Positions 24,050 through 34,943 of a stretch of 42,809 nt of DNA are shown piece by piece. The stretch is from Octopus bimaculoides (taxonomy: Eukaryota): NCBI RefSeq assembly GCF_001194135.2, contig NC_068987.1:10621807-10664615 (forward strand), written 5' to 3'. A program made the translations under genes and the position numbers. Every line of letters begins with the position of its first letter. Position 1 is the stretch's first letter. The notes beneath the pieces are model-generated. The model was not told the origin of the DNA. It searched no databases and was given only the letters and a program-made list of their open reading frames with translations.

Positions 24050-24960
24050 ATAAAGCCAGCCCCTAATTTTTTTTTCTTTCTCCATACCCCCTTATCTGCA
24101 GCCACACCCTTTTCTCTCCCCCACCCTGCTCCTCCCTTTCTAACTCCCTACTGTTTACTACATTTATTTCTTCATAGTCCCTTATGCCTTTCTACAAACT
24201 CCCTTATTTTGTCTAAACCCTTTTCTTTTAAACTACTTCTTTTATTTCTGCCAACTCCCTATTTTTATCCCCTACTAATTTCTTTCAGTTTACTACTTTC
24301 ATTTCTTCTTAGTACCCTCATTTTCTACAAACGCCTTTACTTCCACAAACTCCCTAATTTTTCTGAGCCCTTTTCTTTTAACCACTTCTTTTAATATTGC
24401 TGTCTCCCATTTCTCTTACTAATTCCTTTCAGTCAATTACATTTATTTCTTCTAAATCCTTCATTTTCTGCAAGTTCCCTTACTTCCCAAAACTCCTTAA
24501 TTTTTCTGAGCCCTTTTCTTTTAACTTCTTTCTATTCCTGCTAATTCCCTCCCTACTAATTCTCTTCTATCTACTAAATTTCACTTCCTTCATTTCTTCT
24601 CCTTTTCATTCTTCAACAGACTCCCTAATTTCTTCTCCATTCCCTTTTCTTTCTATCCCTCTATCAAATCAATTCATTCTACAGATCCCTTTATTTTAAA
24701 GTCCCTTTTTAATTTCCAACTCCCTTATTTCTAAAAAACTCTCAACTTTCTTCTACCCACCAACCTTTCTTTCTGCTAACCCCTTTTCTGTTAACCCCAC
24801 TTTTTTTTACAGCTAACTCCCATTTTTTTTCCTCTACCAACTCCATTTTTTCCTACAAATTCCCTTATTTCTTCTTAGTCCTTTTTTCCTTACTTAACCC
24901 CCTTCTTTCTGCTAACTCCCTTTTTTTCTGTCAAATCTCCTTTTTCTACAAACTCCCTTC
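24050..24960. repeat. G-depleted pyrimidine-rich degenerate minisatellite
   Basis: Recurrent ACTCCC/CTAATTT motifs; AAACTCCYTAATTTTTCTGAGCCCTTTTCTTTTAAC at ~24348 and ~24490. Confidence 0.7.
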
Positions 24961-25409
24961 TCACCTCGTCCAAACCTCAAACACCTTCTGTGTACACACA
25001 CACACACACACACAACACTCTCCCTCTCACAGAAGCCTTCCTCACCCTACTACTACTCCCACCAATCAGGGTTCTTCTCCCTATGGACTCCCTTTTGCTC
25101 TGCCTGCCATTCCATGTCCCCCCCACTCCTCTACACCACCCCTACCTCTAGCCATTGTAATCTTCCAATTAACATCCACACCACAATGATTACCACCTAC
25201 CTTCATCTCCTCACACACACACACACACACACTTCGCCTTCACCGCCATTAGAACCTGGCACCTTCACCACCAACCATCACCACCACTACCTCCAGTCAT
25301 CATCATCATCATCATTATCATCACCAATATCGTCACCAGCTTCTACTGCTTCGATCCTGTTCTCCAATACCATAAAAAATCAAGCCATAGATTGCAGAGT
25401 TTAAGGCTG

Positions 25410-25949
25410 GAATCGGTCAGAGAAGCGAGGGAGTGGAGGTGGGGAGGAGGAAGGGAGAGACGGAGAACTACAGACGGAGAATGAAGAGAAAGAGAGAGAG
25501 AGAGAGAGAGCGAGTGGTTGAAAGGAAAAGAGAGAAATGAGGTGAAATGAAGACAAACAGAGAGAGAGAGGGTTATTAGCTGATTCACAATAGATTGTTG
25601 AAGAGGGAGAGAGAAACAAAGGCAGAGAGAGAGAGAGAAATAGAGAAAGGAAGAGAGTGAGGGAGATAAAGAGGAACGAAGTGAGAGAAAGAGGGAGAGG
25701 AGAAAATAAGAAGAACATTGATTGAGAAGGAATTGAAAGCTCGTTCACAATAAGAGATAGTGAGAGAGGGGAAGAAAAGAGAGAGACAAACAGAAAGAGA
25801 GACAGAGAGGAAGACGCAAGAGATGGAAGGAGTGAGATACAAGAGTGACGGACTGACAGGCAGACAGAGAAGGAAAGGGAAAGAGAGAGAGGAGGAGGAG
25901 AGAATAAGGTAAAGAAGGTGAGAGGGAATTGAGAGTTCATTCATAAGAG

Positions 25950-25993
<44 letters not shown>

Positions 25994-26283
25994 TGAGATG
26001 GGAAAGACACGAGAGAGAAAGGCAGATACAAGAGGGACAGATTGACAGATAGAGAGAAGATGAAAGGGACAGAGAGAGAGAGAGAGAGAGAGAGAAGGAG
26101 GTGAGACAATCAGTAAGAGCTTACTATGAGCTTATTCACAATAAATTGGAAAGGAGAGAGACAGAGAGACAGAGAGACAGAGAGGCAGAGAGAGAGACAG
26201 AGAGAGAGAGACAGAGAGAGAGAGACAGAGAGACACACACACACACACATAGATAGAGAGAGAGAGAGACAGGCAGACAGACG

Positions 26284-26341
<58 letters not shown>

Positions 26342-26442
26342 CAGAGAGACAGAGAGACAGAGAGAGAGAGACAGAGAGAGAGACAGAGAGAGAGAGAGAC
26401 AGAGAGAGAGACAGAGAGAGAGAGACAGAGACAGAGAGAGAG

Positions 26443-26473
<31 letters not shown>

Positions 26474-26543
26474 GACAGAGAGAGTGAGAGACAGAGAGAG
26501 AGACACACACACACACATAGAGAGAGACAGACAGACAGACAGG

Positions 26544-26577
<34 letters not shown>

Positions 26578-26855
26578 GAGAGAGAGAGACAGAGAGAGAG
26601 AGACAGAGAGAGAGAGAGAGGGAGAGACACAGAGAGAGAGACAGATATAGTTTCAAAGAAAGAGACGAACGGAGAGGAAGAGATTGACACAAAGAGAGAG
26701 AGAGAGAGAGAGAAACACAGAGACAGATAGACATGTAGTTACAAAGAGAGAAACAGAAAGAGAGCAAGAGAGAAACAGAAGGAGAGCAAGAGAGAGAGAG
26801 AGAAAGAACCACAGAGACAGATAGACAGATATAGTTACAAAGAGAGAAACAAACG

Positions 26856-26891
<36 letters not shown>

Positions 26892-26960
26892 ATGTGACAA
26901 AGTGACAAGGAGATGGACAATCAAGCAGACAGAATCAGACAGACAGACAGACAGACAAGA
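25410..26960. repeat. (GA)n/(GACA)n complex microsatellite with embedded conserved motifs
   Basis: Direct reading; see findings. Confidence 0.95.
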
Positions 26961-27111
26961 GGAGCCAAGAGAGAGTTTCACTGATTAGCTGCGGATGTCA
27001 TGAGAGAATATTTTTGAATCCGCGTTATAGTAGTAGGCCCATTCCCAGAATGCATTTCAAAGTACAAAGCATTAAAGCGAGTGTATATATCTCTTTTAGC
27101 TGTACTGATAA

Positions 27112-27159
<48 letters not shown>

Positions 27160-27497
27160 TGGTATTGGTGGTGGTGGTGGTGGTATTGGAGAAGCACTGG
27201 ATTAGCTGGACAAATTGTTTGTTGCTTGTCGTTCTTTATATATGTTACACTTTAAAACAGCGAAGAAAAATAGAGAGATAAATGAATAAAAGCAGATAAT
27301 TTCTTTTTTTTTTTTTTCCTTTTTTTGCCTTTTTATCTATTTTCCTTTAATAAATGAAAAATGTGTAGGATTTCAAATATCTATTTTACCGTTTCCCTGC
27401 TGTTTCTTTTCAGCCAAGGTCTTCTTATTTTGATAATATTTCCACCCATCCATTCATCCATACATGTACATACACACGTATGTATACATATGTATAT

Positions 27498-27533
<36 letters not shown>

Positions 27534-27664
27534 TGACATATGTATGTATGTATGTCATTATTCAGTTTATTTCAAGATTTCTTGCCAATAGAGAAAGAAC
27601 CGGTTTCTATCCTAGATTCAAGGCTCCTTCATTGGAATTTCAACATCAACAACAGGCTATCTTT

Positions 27665-27816
27665 GTATGTATGCATGTATGCATGTATGCATGTATGTAT
27701 GTATGTATGTATGTATGTATGTATGTATGTATGTAGGTGCAGATTTGCATGTTTTATGTATGTATTCTTATGCATATAGTTGCATATCTAGACATGCACA
27801 TATATATTTAATATAT
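27665..27816 (-). repeat. Putative 3' UTR of the R4-like element ending in (CATA)n
   Basis: (TATG)n at ~27665-27735 directly downstream of ORF stop on minus strand. Confidence 0.6.
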
Positions 27817-28320
27817 TTAAATGATAAACTTCTGGAAAGTTTTACAGATTTTTACAGTTCCGGTGATGGATTGCATCTATAGTCTTCGGATTAACTTTCT
27901 CCTTTCTGCTTTTGAGAAACCTAATTTCTCAAGACTAGTATTTAAGCAGAGTGTTACATATCCCTGGGCCCCAATAATTACAGGTATGAAACTGAACTTG
28001 TAATCTAGATAGAGTAACTGTAGATTTCTCAATAGTTCAGCATAGGTGTCCTCTTTTCCACTGATCTTCAGCTTTATATTAACATCTACTGGGCAGTTAA
28101 TTCCCACAACTGTGCACAGTTTCTCTTCTCTATCCCCAATCATTATATCTGGTCTGTTGTGCTTACATATTATCGAGGTCTCTGCTTCTACATTCCACCA
28201 GTATTCCTTTTTATTATGAGTGGCTATGGCTTCTACCATATTGTGGGTTCTTATTTCTTCGTAGTTGGAATTAACCTTCCGATAGATTTCAGTATAGAGT
28301 GTCCAAGCTACAATGTCATG
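27817..28320 (-). pseudogene. R4/Dong-like (RLE-endonuclease) non-LTR retrotransposon ORF C-terminus
   Basis: HDIVAWTLY...YWWNVEAETSIICKHNRPDIMIGDREEKLCTVVGINCP.D...IPVIIGAQG...RRL*MQSITGTVKICKTFQKFII*; RHD and NRPD-type RLE motifs; one in-frame TAG. Confidence 0.85.
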
Positions 28321-28530
28321 TTCACTCATCTGTAGTAATGAGTCGCTGGTGCCAAGCTGAATCATCTTTTGTCTTTCCCTTGGATAACATTGGTGGCGAG
28401 GGGAGTCCGGTATGCATGGGTGACTGCTGGTCTTCCATAAACAACCTTCCCCTGGACTTGTGCCTTGGAGGGGAACTTCTAGGTGCAATCCCATGGTTAT
28501 TCATGACCATAGGGAGTGGTCTTTACCCCT
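28321..28530 (+). mobile_element. 3' part of a SINE (family C/D-related body), 5'-truncated at the R4 junction
   Basis: TTCACTCATCTGTAGTAATGAGT resembles CCACTCAGCTGGCAAAAATGAGT of the 1577 SINE; remainder recognised as an octopus SINE tail by recollection. Confidence 0.6.
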
Positions 28531-28616
28531 TTTATATGCTATGCGATGCTGCAAGAGGAAAGAATTGTTACCAAGCTGGTCAAAGGGGTTAGTGACATTT
28601 CATCTGTCTTAGCATT

Positions 28617-29200
28617 CATCATCATCGTTTAACGTCCATTTTCCATGCCAGCATGGGTTGGATGGTTCGACTGGGGTCTGGGAAGCCAGGAAGCTGCACC
28701 AGGCTCCAATCTGATCTGGCAGTATTTCTACAGTTGGATGCCCTTCCTAATGCCAACCACTCTGAGAGTGTAGTAGATGCTTTTTACGTGCCACCTGCAT
28801 GGGAGCCAGTCAGGCAGCACTGGCATCGGCCCCGTTCGGATGGTGCTTTTTACATGCTACCAGCACAGGAGCCAGTCGGGGTGGAGAGGTTGGCATCGAC
28901 CATGTTTGGATGGTGCTTTTTATGTGCCACCTGCATGGGAGCCAGTCAGGCAGCACTGGCATCGGCCCCATTCAGATGGTGCTTTCTACATATTACCAGC
29001 ACAGGAGCCAGTTGGGGCAGGGAGACTGGCATCGACCATGTTCTGATGGTGCTTTTTACATGCCACTGGCATGGGGAGCCCGTCAGGTGGCACTGGCAAC
29101 AACCCACGCATGCATGGTGCTTATTGCATGCCACCAGTCAGGCGGTACTGGCATCGGTCACAACTACAATTCCATTTGATCCTGATTTTGATTTTGATTT
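28617..29200 (-). mobile_element. Second copy of RTE-tailed minisatellite element (about 6 units, alternating 66/70 bp)
   Basis: GATGGTGC anchors at 28839, 28909, 28975, 29045, ~29113; collinear with 16053-16655. Confidence 0.9.
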
Positions 29201-29883
29201 CTGGGTTCAAAATTCCACTGAGCTCGACTTTGCCTTCCATCCTTTCAAGATCAACAAGATACGTACCAGTTGAATACTGGGGTCGATGTGATTGACTCAA
29301 CTCTTGCCCAAAAATTGCTGGCCTTGTGCCAAAACGTGAAACCTATATTTATATCTAAAGGCAGTGAGCTGGCAGAATCATTAGCAAGCTGGACAAAAGG
29401 CTTAGTGGTATTTCATCGGTCTTTACGTTCTGAGTTCAAATCCTGCCAAGGATGACTTTGCCTTTCATCCTTTCGGGGTCAATAAATTAAGTACCAGTTA
29501 TGCACTGGGGTCAATATAATTGACTTACACCCTCCTCCAAAATTGCTGGCCTTGTGCCAAAATTTGAAACCAATATTTGCTTGCTGTTATTTTATAGCTA
29601 TTGTGAAGCAGTGAGCTGGCAGAATCATTAGCACGCTTGACGAAATGCTTAGTGGTATTTCACCTGTCGCTATGTTCTGAGTTCAAATTCCGCTGAGGTA
29701 AACTTTGCCTTTCATCCTTTCAGGGTCAACAAATTAAGTACCAGTGAAACACCAGGGTCGATGTAATCGACTCATCCCCTCTCCCAACAAATTAAGTACC
29801 AGTGAAACCCTGGGGTCGATGTAATCGACTCATCCCTTCCACCAAAATGGCTGCCCCTCTGGCAAAATTTGAAACCATTATTT
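29201..29883 (+). mobile_element. Three family B SINEs head-to-tail (29201-29349, 29358-29579, 29606-29883); third has a 58-bp internal duplication
   Basis: Repeated GAGCTGGCAGAATCATTAGCA heads and CCTTGTGCCAAAA tails; duplication starts at 29727 and 29785. Confidence 0.92.
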
Positions 29884-29885
29884 AT

Positions 29886-29990
29886 AGATATAGTAGAAGA
29901 TACTTGCCTAAGGTGCCATGCAGTAGGATTGAACCGAAAACCACATAGTTGGGAAGCAAGCTTCTTAACCACACAGCCATGTCTGTGCCT
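29886..29990 (-). mobile_element. Family A SINE head
   Basis: AGAAGATACTTGCCTAAGGTGCCATGCAG...CTTAACCACACAGCCATG. Confidence 0.85.
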
Positions 29991-30085
29991 ATTACTTCTT
30001 GTGCTTATCCATGATTGCACCACCTTGTGCAATCTGCACATCTTATGCATACCAGGGTATGCTATAGCAATGAATCCTTTTAAAT

Positions 30086-30560
30086 TTAATCCTTTTTGTA
30101 ACACATTTCTGTTGAAATATTCTGCCTTTGTTCTAATTAATTTCTGGAAATGATTAAGAATTTAGAAAAAAAAAAATAACTTCATCAAAATCAAGCTGGT
30201 GTTTGGAACATAAGCCAACATGAAATTTTAATGGAAGGTTTATAATTTAAATCACTTTAAAATCAGAAGTTTTTATCATAGAACCAGGAATTGTCTCATG
30301 CAAGTTGGTATCAAAAGGGTTAACTCCTTTTTTTTACCATATTTCTATTGAAATATATCATCTTTGTTTCAATTAATTTTTGAGAATAATGAAGAATTTA
30401 GTAAAATGAGTTAGTCATTATTAAGTAGGTTTTGGAACATAAAATTAACTTGAAATTTTGAGGGGAGATTTAGTATTAGATTATTTTAAAACAGAAACTT
30501 TCTACCATAGAAACAGGAACAGTTCCAGGAAGGTTGGTATCAAAAGGGTTAACACCTTTG
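30086..30560. mobile_element. Tandem piggyBac-type MITE copies sharing TTAA sites
   Basis: TTAA at 30086, 30320, 30549; each unit ends GGTATCAAAAGGG-TTAA and starts with decayed CCTTTT...ACC; internal similarity between units. Confidence 0.65.
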
Positions 30561-30770
30561 NNNNNNNNNNNNNNNNNNNNNNNNNNNNNNNNNNNNNNNN
30601 NNNNNNNNNNNNNNNNNNNNNNNNNNNNNNNNNNNNNNNNNNNNNNNNNNNNNNNNNNNNNNNNNNNNNNNNNNNNNNNNNNNNNNNNNNNNNNNNNNNN
30701 NNNNNNNNNNNNNNNNNNNNNNNNNNNNNNNNNNNNNNNNNNNNNNNNNNNNNNNNNNNNNNNNNNNNNN

Positions 30771-30915
30771 NAATCCTTGATCCCTCATATACCCCCAGGC
30801 ATGTACAAGAAAATAAATAAATAATAATAATAATTAAGTAGATGTCCATTTCTTGACTCCTTCAATAGTCCCATCGACCCCCAGGGGTTGATTTTGATCC
30901 CTTTGGAAACCCCTG
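30771..30915. mobile_element. Possible hAT MITE right half
   Basis: Ends TTTGGAAACCCCTG; internal palindrome ATCGACCCC-CA-GGGGTTGAT; left end would lie in gap. Confidence 0.35.
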
Positions 30916-30950
30916 GAGTAGATGGAAATTGGAAGTAGTTTGTCATACAC

Positions 30951-30983
<33 letters not shown>

Positions 30984-30999
30984 CATACATATATACATA

Positions 31000-31267
31000 C
31001 AAAAACTGCTGCTCCATTGGTTTCAACAATGAAGGTTCCCGGTAATCCAATCAATAGAATATCTTGATCATGAAATCAACATGCATGTGGCTGAGTACTC
31101 CACAGACACGTGTACCCTTAATGTAGTTCTCAGGCAGAGTCAGCATGACACAGAATGCATAACATGTCTGGTCCTTTGAATTACCGGTACAACTTGCCTT
31201 TTAGCTGAGTCAACTGGGGCAACACGAAATAAAGTACCTTGCTCAAAGAAACACAGCGTGCTGCCAG
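31000..31267 (-). mobile_element. Family D SINE
   Basis: Reverse complement shares TTGAGCAAG..CTTTATTTC and AAGGGTACACGTGTCTG.GGA.T.CTCA with 32222-32463. Confidence 0.8.
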
Positions 31268-31399
31268 ATCCATAGTTTTGAAGAACTCTGGTATTTTCGT
31301 TTCGTTTCGGGTTGCGGGGGTTGGGGCTGGGGGAGGGGAGGGGGAACCAGTTTTGTCATCCCCTTTAGTAGTTATTCAGGTGTTAATTCTTAACTGTTT

Positions 31400-31620
31400 A
31401 TAAATTCATTGAATGCTGTTTGCCACAGCTTCATGAATACTAGGTTTAAGTATTTCAGCCAGAAATTGGAGATTTTGTCAATTCCTGAAGCTTTTTCCAG
31501 TTGTTTACAATCTTTATATCATGTTGGTGAATTCCTCACCAGATACATTGAACCAAGATCACAACATTATTGCATTTTTCTCATCCCTTTATCTTCTAAT
31601 CCATTATGCCATTTGATTAT
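31400..31620 (-). pseudogene. Degenerate R4-like reverse-transcriptase N-terminal fragment
   Basis: Minus strand NWK/ASGIDKISNFWLKYL...AFNEFI matches the WKxPGxDxIxNFWLK motif preceding RT domains of R4-clade elements. Confidence 0.5.
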
Positions 31621-32221
31621 GCTGAATATTTCGGTTTGATATTTTTCTCCCAATATGTTTGAATATCTGTTGATGTTAGTGTGTCATCTAGCATTATGTT
31701 TTTGTTTTTTTGCCTGATATCTCTGTAAAACATTTTTTTTTTTTTTTTTNNNNNNNNNNTTTTTTTTTTTTTTTTGGCAGATGGTATTTGTTTTTGAATA
31801 ACTTATCCTCATGAAAGAAGCACTCATGCTTTTCAAAGCATCTTATCCCATATGCATGATTTAGCTGATATGATTTCTTTAAGTTTAGTATTAATTTTAT
31901 CATTTCTTTTTTTTTCTTCCCTTTATTTTTTTTTTTTTGTCAGTTTGATGCAATTTTCCACTGCACCACCTGTGCAACTGATATTTTCCTGATATGTGCA
32001 TGTACTTCAGGAATTTTTTTTTTTTGTAGTGTAGAATTCTGATTGTATGCTACATATGCATACATCTCAGTGGCAGATCCTTTGTTGTTTACAGTGTTAC
32101 TTCAGTGTTTTGCCTGCTTATTGCATAGAATATATCCATCCTCTGTGAGTTGGGAGATTTCGTTGAACGATGATTCTCTTTCGCATGTGTTGGGTGGGTT
32201 GTATCAATATCAGGTGAAGTA

Positions 32222-32463
32222 AAGGTGCATAACTGAGTGGTTAGGGCATTTAGCTTTGTAATTATAACAATAATGAGTTCAATTCCCGCCAGCGTGTTAT
32301 GTCCTTGAGCAAGACTTTTTATTTCATGTCGTCCCTCTCTGCTCACTTGGCAAAAATGTGTAGCACCTGTATTTCAAAGAGCCTGCCTTATTACATTCTC
32401 TGTCATGCTGAAATCTCCTTGAGAGCTACATGAAGGGTACACGTGTCTGCGGAATGCTCAATC
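32222..32463 (+). mobile_element. Family D tRNA-derived SINE
   Basis: GAGTGGTTAGGG A-box, GAGTTCAATTCC B-box, GTCCTTGAGCAAGAC body. Confidence 0.8.
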
Positions 32464-32465
32464 AT

Positions 32466-32685
32466 TTACTCTTTTACTCTTTGACTCTTTTACTTGTTTC
32501 AGCCATTTGACTGTGGCCATGCTGGAGCACTGCCTTTAGTCGAGCAAATCCACCCCAAGACTTATTCTTTGGAAGCCTAGTACTTATTCTATCAGTCTCT
32601 TTTGCCGAACCGCTAAGTTACGGGGACGTAGACACACCAGCATCGGTTGTCAAGCGATGTTGGGGGAACAAACACTGACACACAA

Positions 32686-32736
<51 letters not shown>
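32466..32736 (-). mobile_element. Family A SINE 3' half running into (CA)n(TA)n and gap
   Basis: CTTGTTTCAGCCATTTGACTGTGGCCATGCTGGAGCAC...CCGCTAAGTTACGGGGACG...GGTTGTCAAGCGATGTTGGGG. Confidence 0.9.
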
Positions 32737-34481
32737 NNNNNNNNNNNNNNNNNNNNNNNNNNNNNNNNNNNNNNNNNNNNNNNNNNNNNNNNNNNNNNNN
32801 NNNNNNNNNNNNNNNNNNNNNNNNNNNNNNNNNNNNNNNNNNNNNNNNNNNNNNNNNNNNNNNNNNNNNNNNNNNNNNNNNNNNNNNNNNNNNNNNNNNN
32901 NNNNNNNNNNNNNNNNNNNNNNNNNNNNNNNNNNNNNNNNNNNNNNNNNNNNNNNNNNNNNNNNNNNNNNNNNNNNNNNNNNNNNNNNNNNNNNNNNNNN
33001 NNNNNNNNNNNNNNNNNNNNNNNNNNNNNNNNNNNNNNNNNNNNNNNNNNNNNNNNNNNNNNNNNNNNNNNNNNNNNNNNNNNNNNNNNNNNNNNNNNNN
33101 NNNNNNNNNNNNNNNNNNNNNNNNNNNNNNNNNNNNNNNNNNNNNNNNNNNNNNNNNNNNNNNNNNNNNNNNNNNNNNNNNNNNNNNNNNNNNNNNNNNN
33201 NNNNNNNNNNNNNNNNNNNNNNNNNNNNNNNNNNNNNNNNNNNNNNNNNNNNNNNNNNNNNNNNNNNNNNNNNNNNNNNNNNNNNNNNNNNNNNNNNNNN
33301 NNNNNNNNNNNNNNNNNNNNNNNNNNNNNNNNNNNNNNNNNNNNNNNNNNNNNNNNNNNNNNNNNNNNNNNNNNNNNNNNNNNNNNNNNNNNNNNNNNNN
33401 NNNNNNNNNNNNNNNNNNNNNNNNNNNNNNNNNNNNNNNNNNNNNNNNNNNNNNNNNNNNNNNNNNNNNNNNNNNNNNNNAGGAGGAGGAGAAGGAGGAG
33501 GAGAAGGAGGAGGAGAAGGAGGAGGAGAAGGAGGAGGAGAAGGAGGAGGAGGATGGTGGTGATTATTTTCCAAGGAAGAAAAATTGCCCATGTAAGAATG
33601 AAGCACTTATCATGATATATAACATGCCATGGCGAACAATTGGAACCCAGCATCAGACTTTCCAACCCTTTAATTACTCTATCACCACACCCGCTTCCTT
33701 CTTCATTGCTTACCTATGCAATATCTATTCAACAATAGCTGATGTAAATGTTACTTGGTTGGTTGGTTGGTTGGTTGGTTGGTTGGCTGGCTGGTTGATT
33801 TCTCAAGTGATGCTTTACATTATATATAAAGAGAGAGAGAGAGTTAGCAAAAGAGGAACAGATTGAGCGTCTTATGTATTTCTGAAAAATTACACATTTT
33901 GTTTTTTTAATGAGATTTTGCAGAGATAGGTTTACAATGGAATAGATAGTGATTATGTTGATAAAATTTAGGAAAATAATAGCATATATTTATTGCAAAT
34001 ATACAAATGAGAAGTTTGTTTTATTTAATATTAAGCTAATAAACATTTTTCTTTTGAAAATTAGCATTTCATTCCATCATTTTGTTTTAGCACCAAGAAA
34101 ATTTGATGAAATTTAAATTATAATTATTGCGTGTACACCGTTTGTATTTCTTGATAATATCCTTAGTGACAAAAGCATATTTCTAAAGTTAACTGCCGTC
34201 TTATGAGTAACAAACACCCTAATTTTAAAAAAGCTTTATTTCATTCAATATATTTTCATATTTTGTTTTATTTCGGTTGTTTGTTCATTTGAGGTTCAAT
34301 ATTCTGTGCTCGCATGAGTTAGAGGTGTATTCATTTGATGCTTGAAAAGGTGAGAAAATCTTTTACATTTTGGGCCTATGCTCTTCAACAGAAAGGAACA
34401 TGAGAAAATAAACAGAGAGAGAATACAAAAAAATCTTGTGGAGTTAGCAGTCAATCATGGCAATTAGTTGGACAATATACA

Positions 34482-34633
34482 CGACGGGCTTCTTTCAGTT
34501 TCCCTCTACCAAATCCACTCGGTCGGCCTGAGGCTATAGTGGAAGACACTTGCCCAAGATGCCATGAAGTGGGACTGAACCCGGAACCATGTGGTTGTGA
34601 AGCAAGATTCTTACCACACAGCCACTCCTGCAC
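34482..34633 (-). mobile_element. Family A SINE 5' half
   Basis: GACGGGCTTCTTTCAGTTTCC...GAAGACACTTGCCCAAG...CTTACCACACAGCCACTCCTG. Confidence 0.92.
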
Positions 34634-34894
34634 TTATGTAAGCATCATCACCATTATCATCATCATCACCATAATCATCGTCACGATGATGATGATGATG
34701 ATGACGATGACATTTATGATGACAATGACAATGATAATGACCATGAGGATGATGGTAATGATGACGATGACAACAAATGCTCACGACAACAACAGCACTA
34801 CTGACGGTAAACACTGTTTTTCAGTGAGGGTGAAACTATATTCAGAACGAAATGCAAATAAAATTTCTCTTCCAGATTTCTCCGAGGCAGGCGC

Positions 34895-34943
34895 GGCCCT
34901 CAGCCCTTGGCCCTCGGCCCTTGGCCCTCGGCCCTCGGCCCTC
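34895..34943. repeat. GC-rich 7-bp tandem repeat (RGCCCTY)x7
   Basis: GGCCCTC AGCCCTT GGCCCTC GGCCCTT GGCCCTC GGCCCTC GGCCCTC. Confidence 0.95.

Noticed and set aside
25575-26150. Repeat-spacer pattern reminiscent of CRISPR
   Set aside because: Eukaryotic context, low-complexity GA spacers of 160-200 bp, imperfect repeats, no cas genes
28330-28510. N-terminal part of ORF 27877-28494 and ORF 28322-28510
   Set aside because: Antisense read-through of a SINE fragment, not part of the R4 protein
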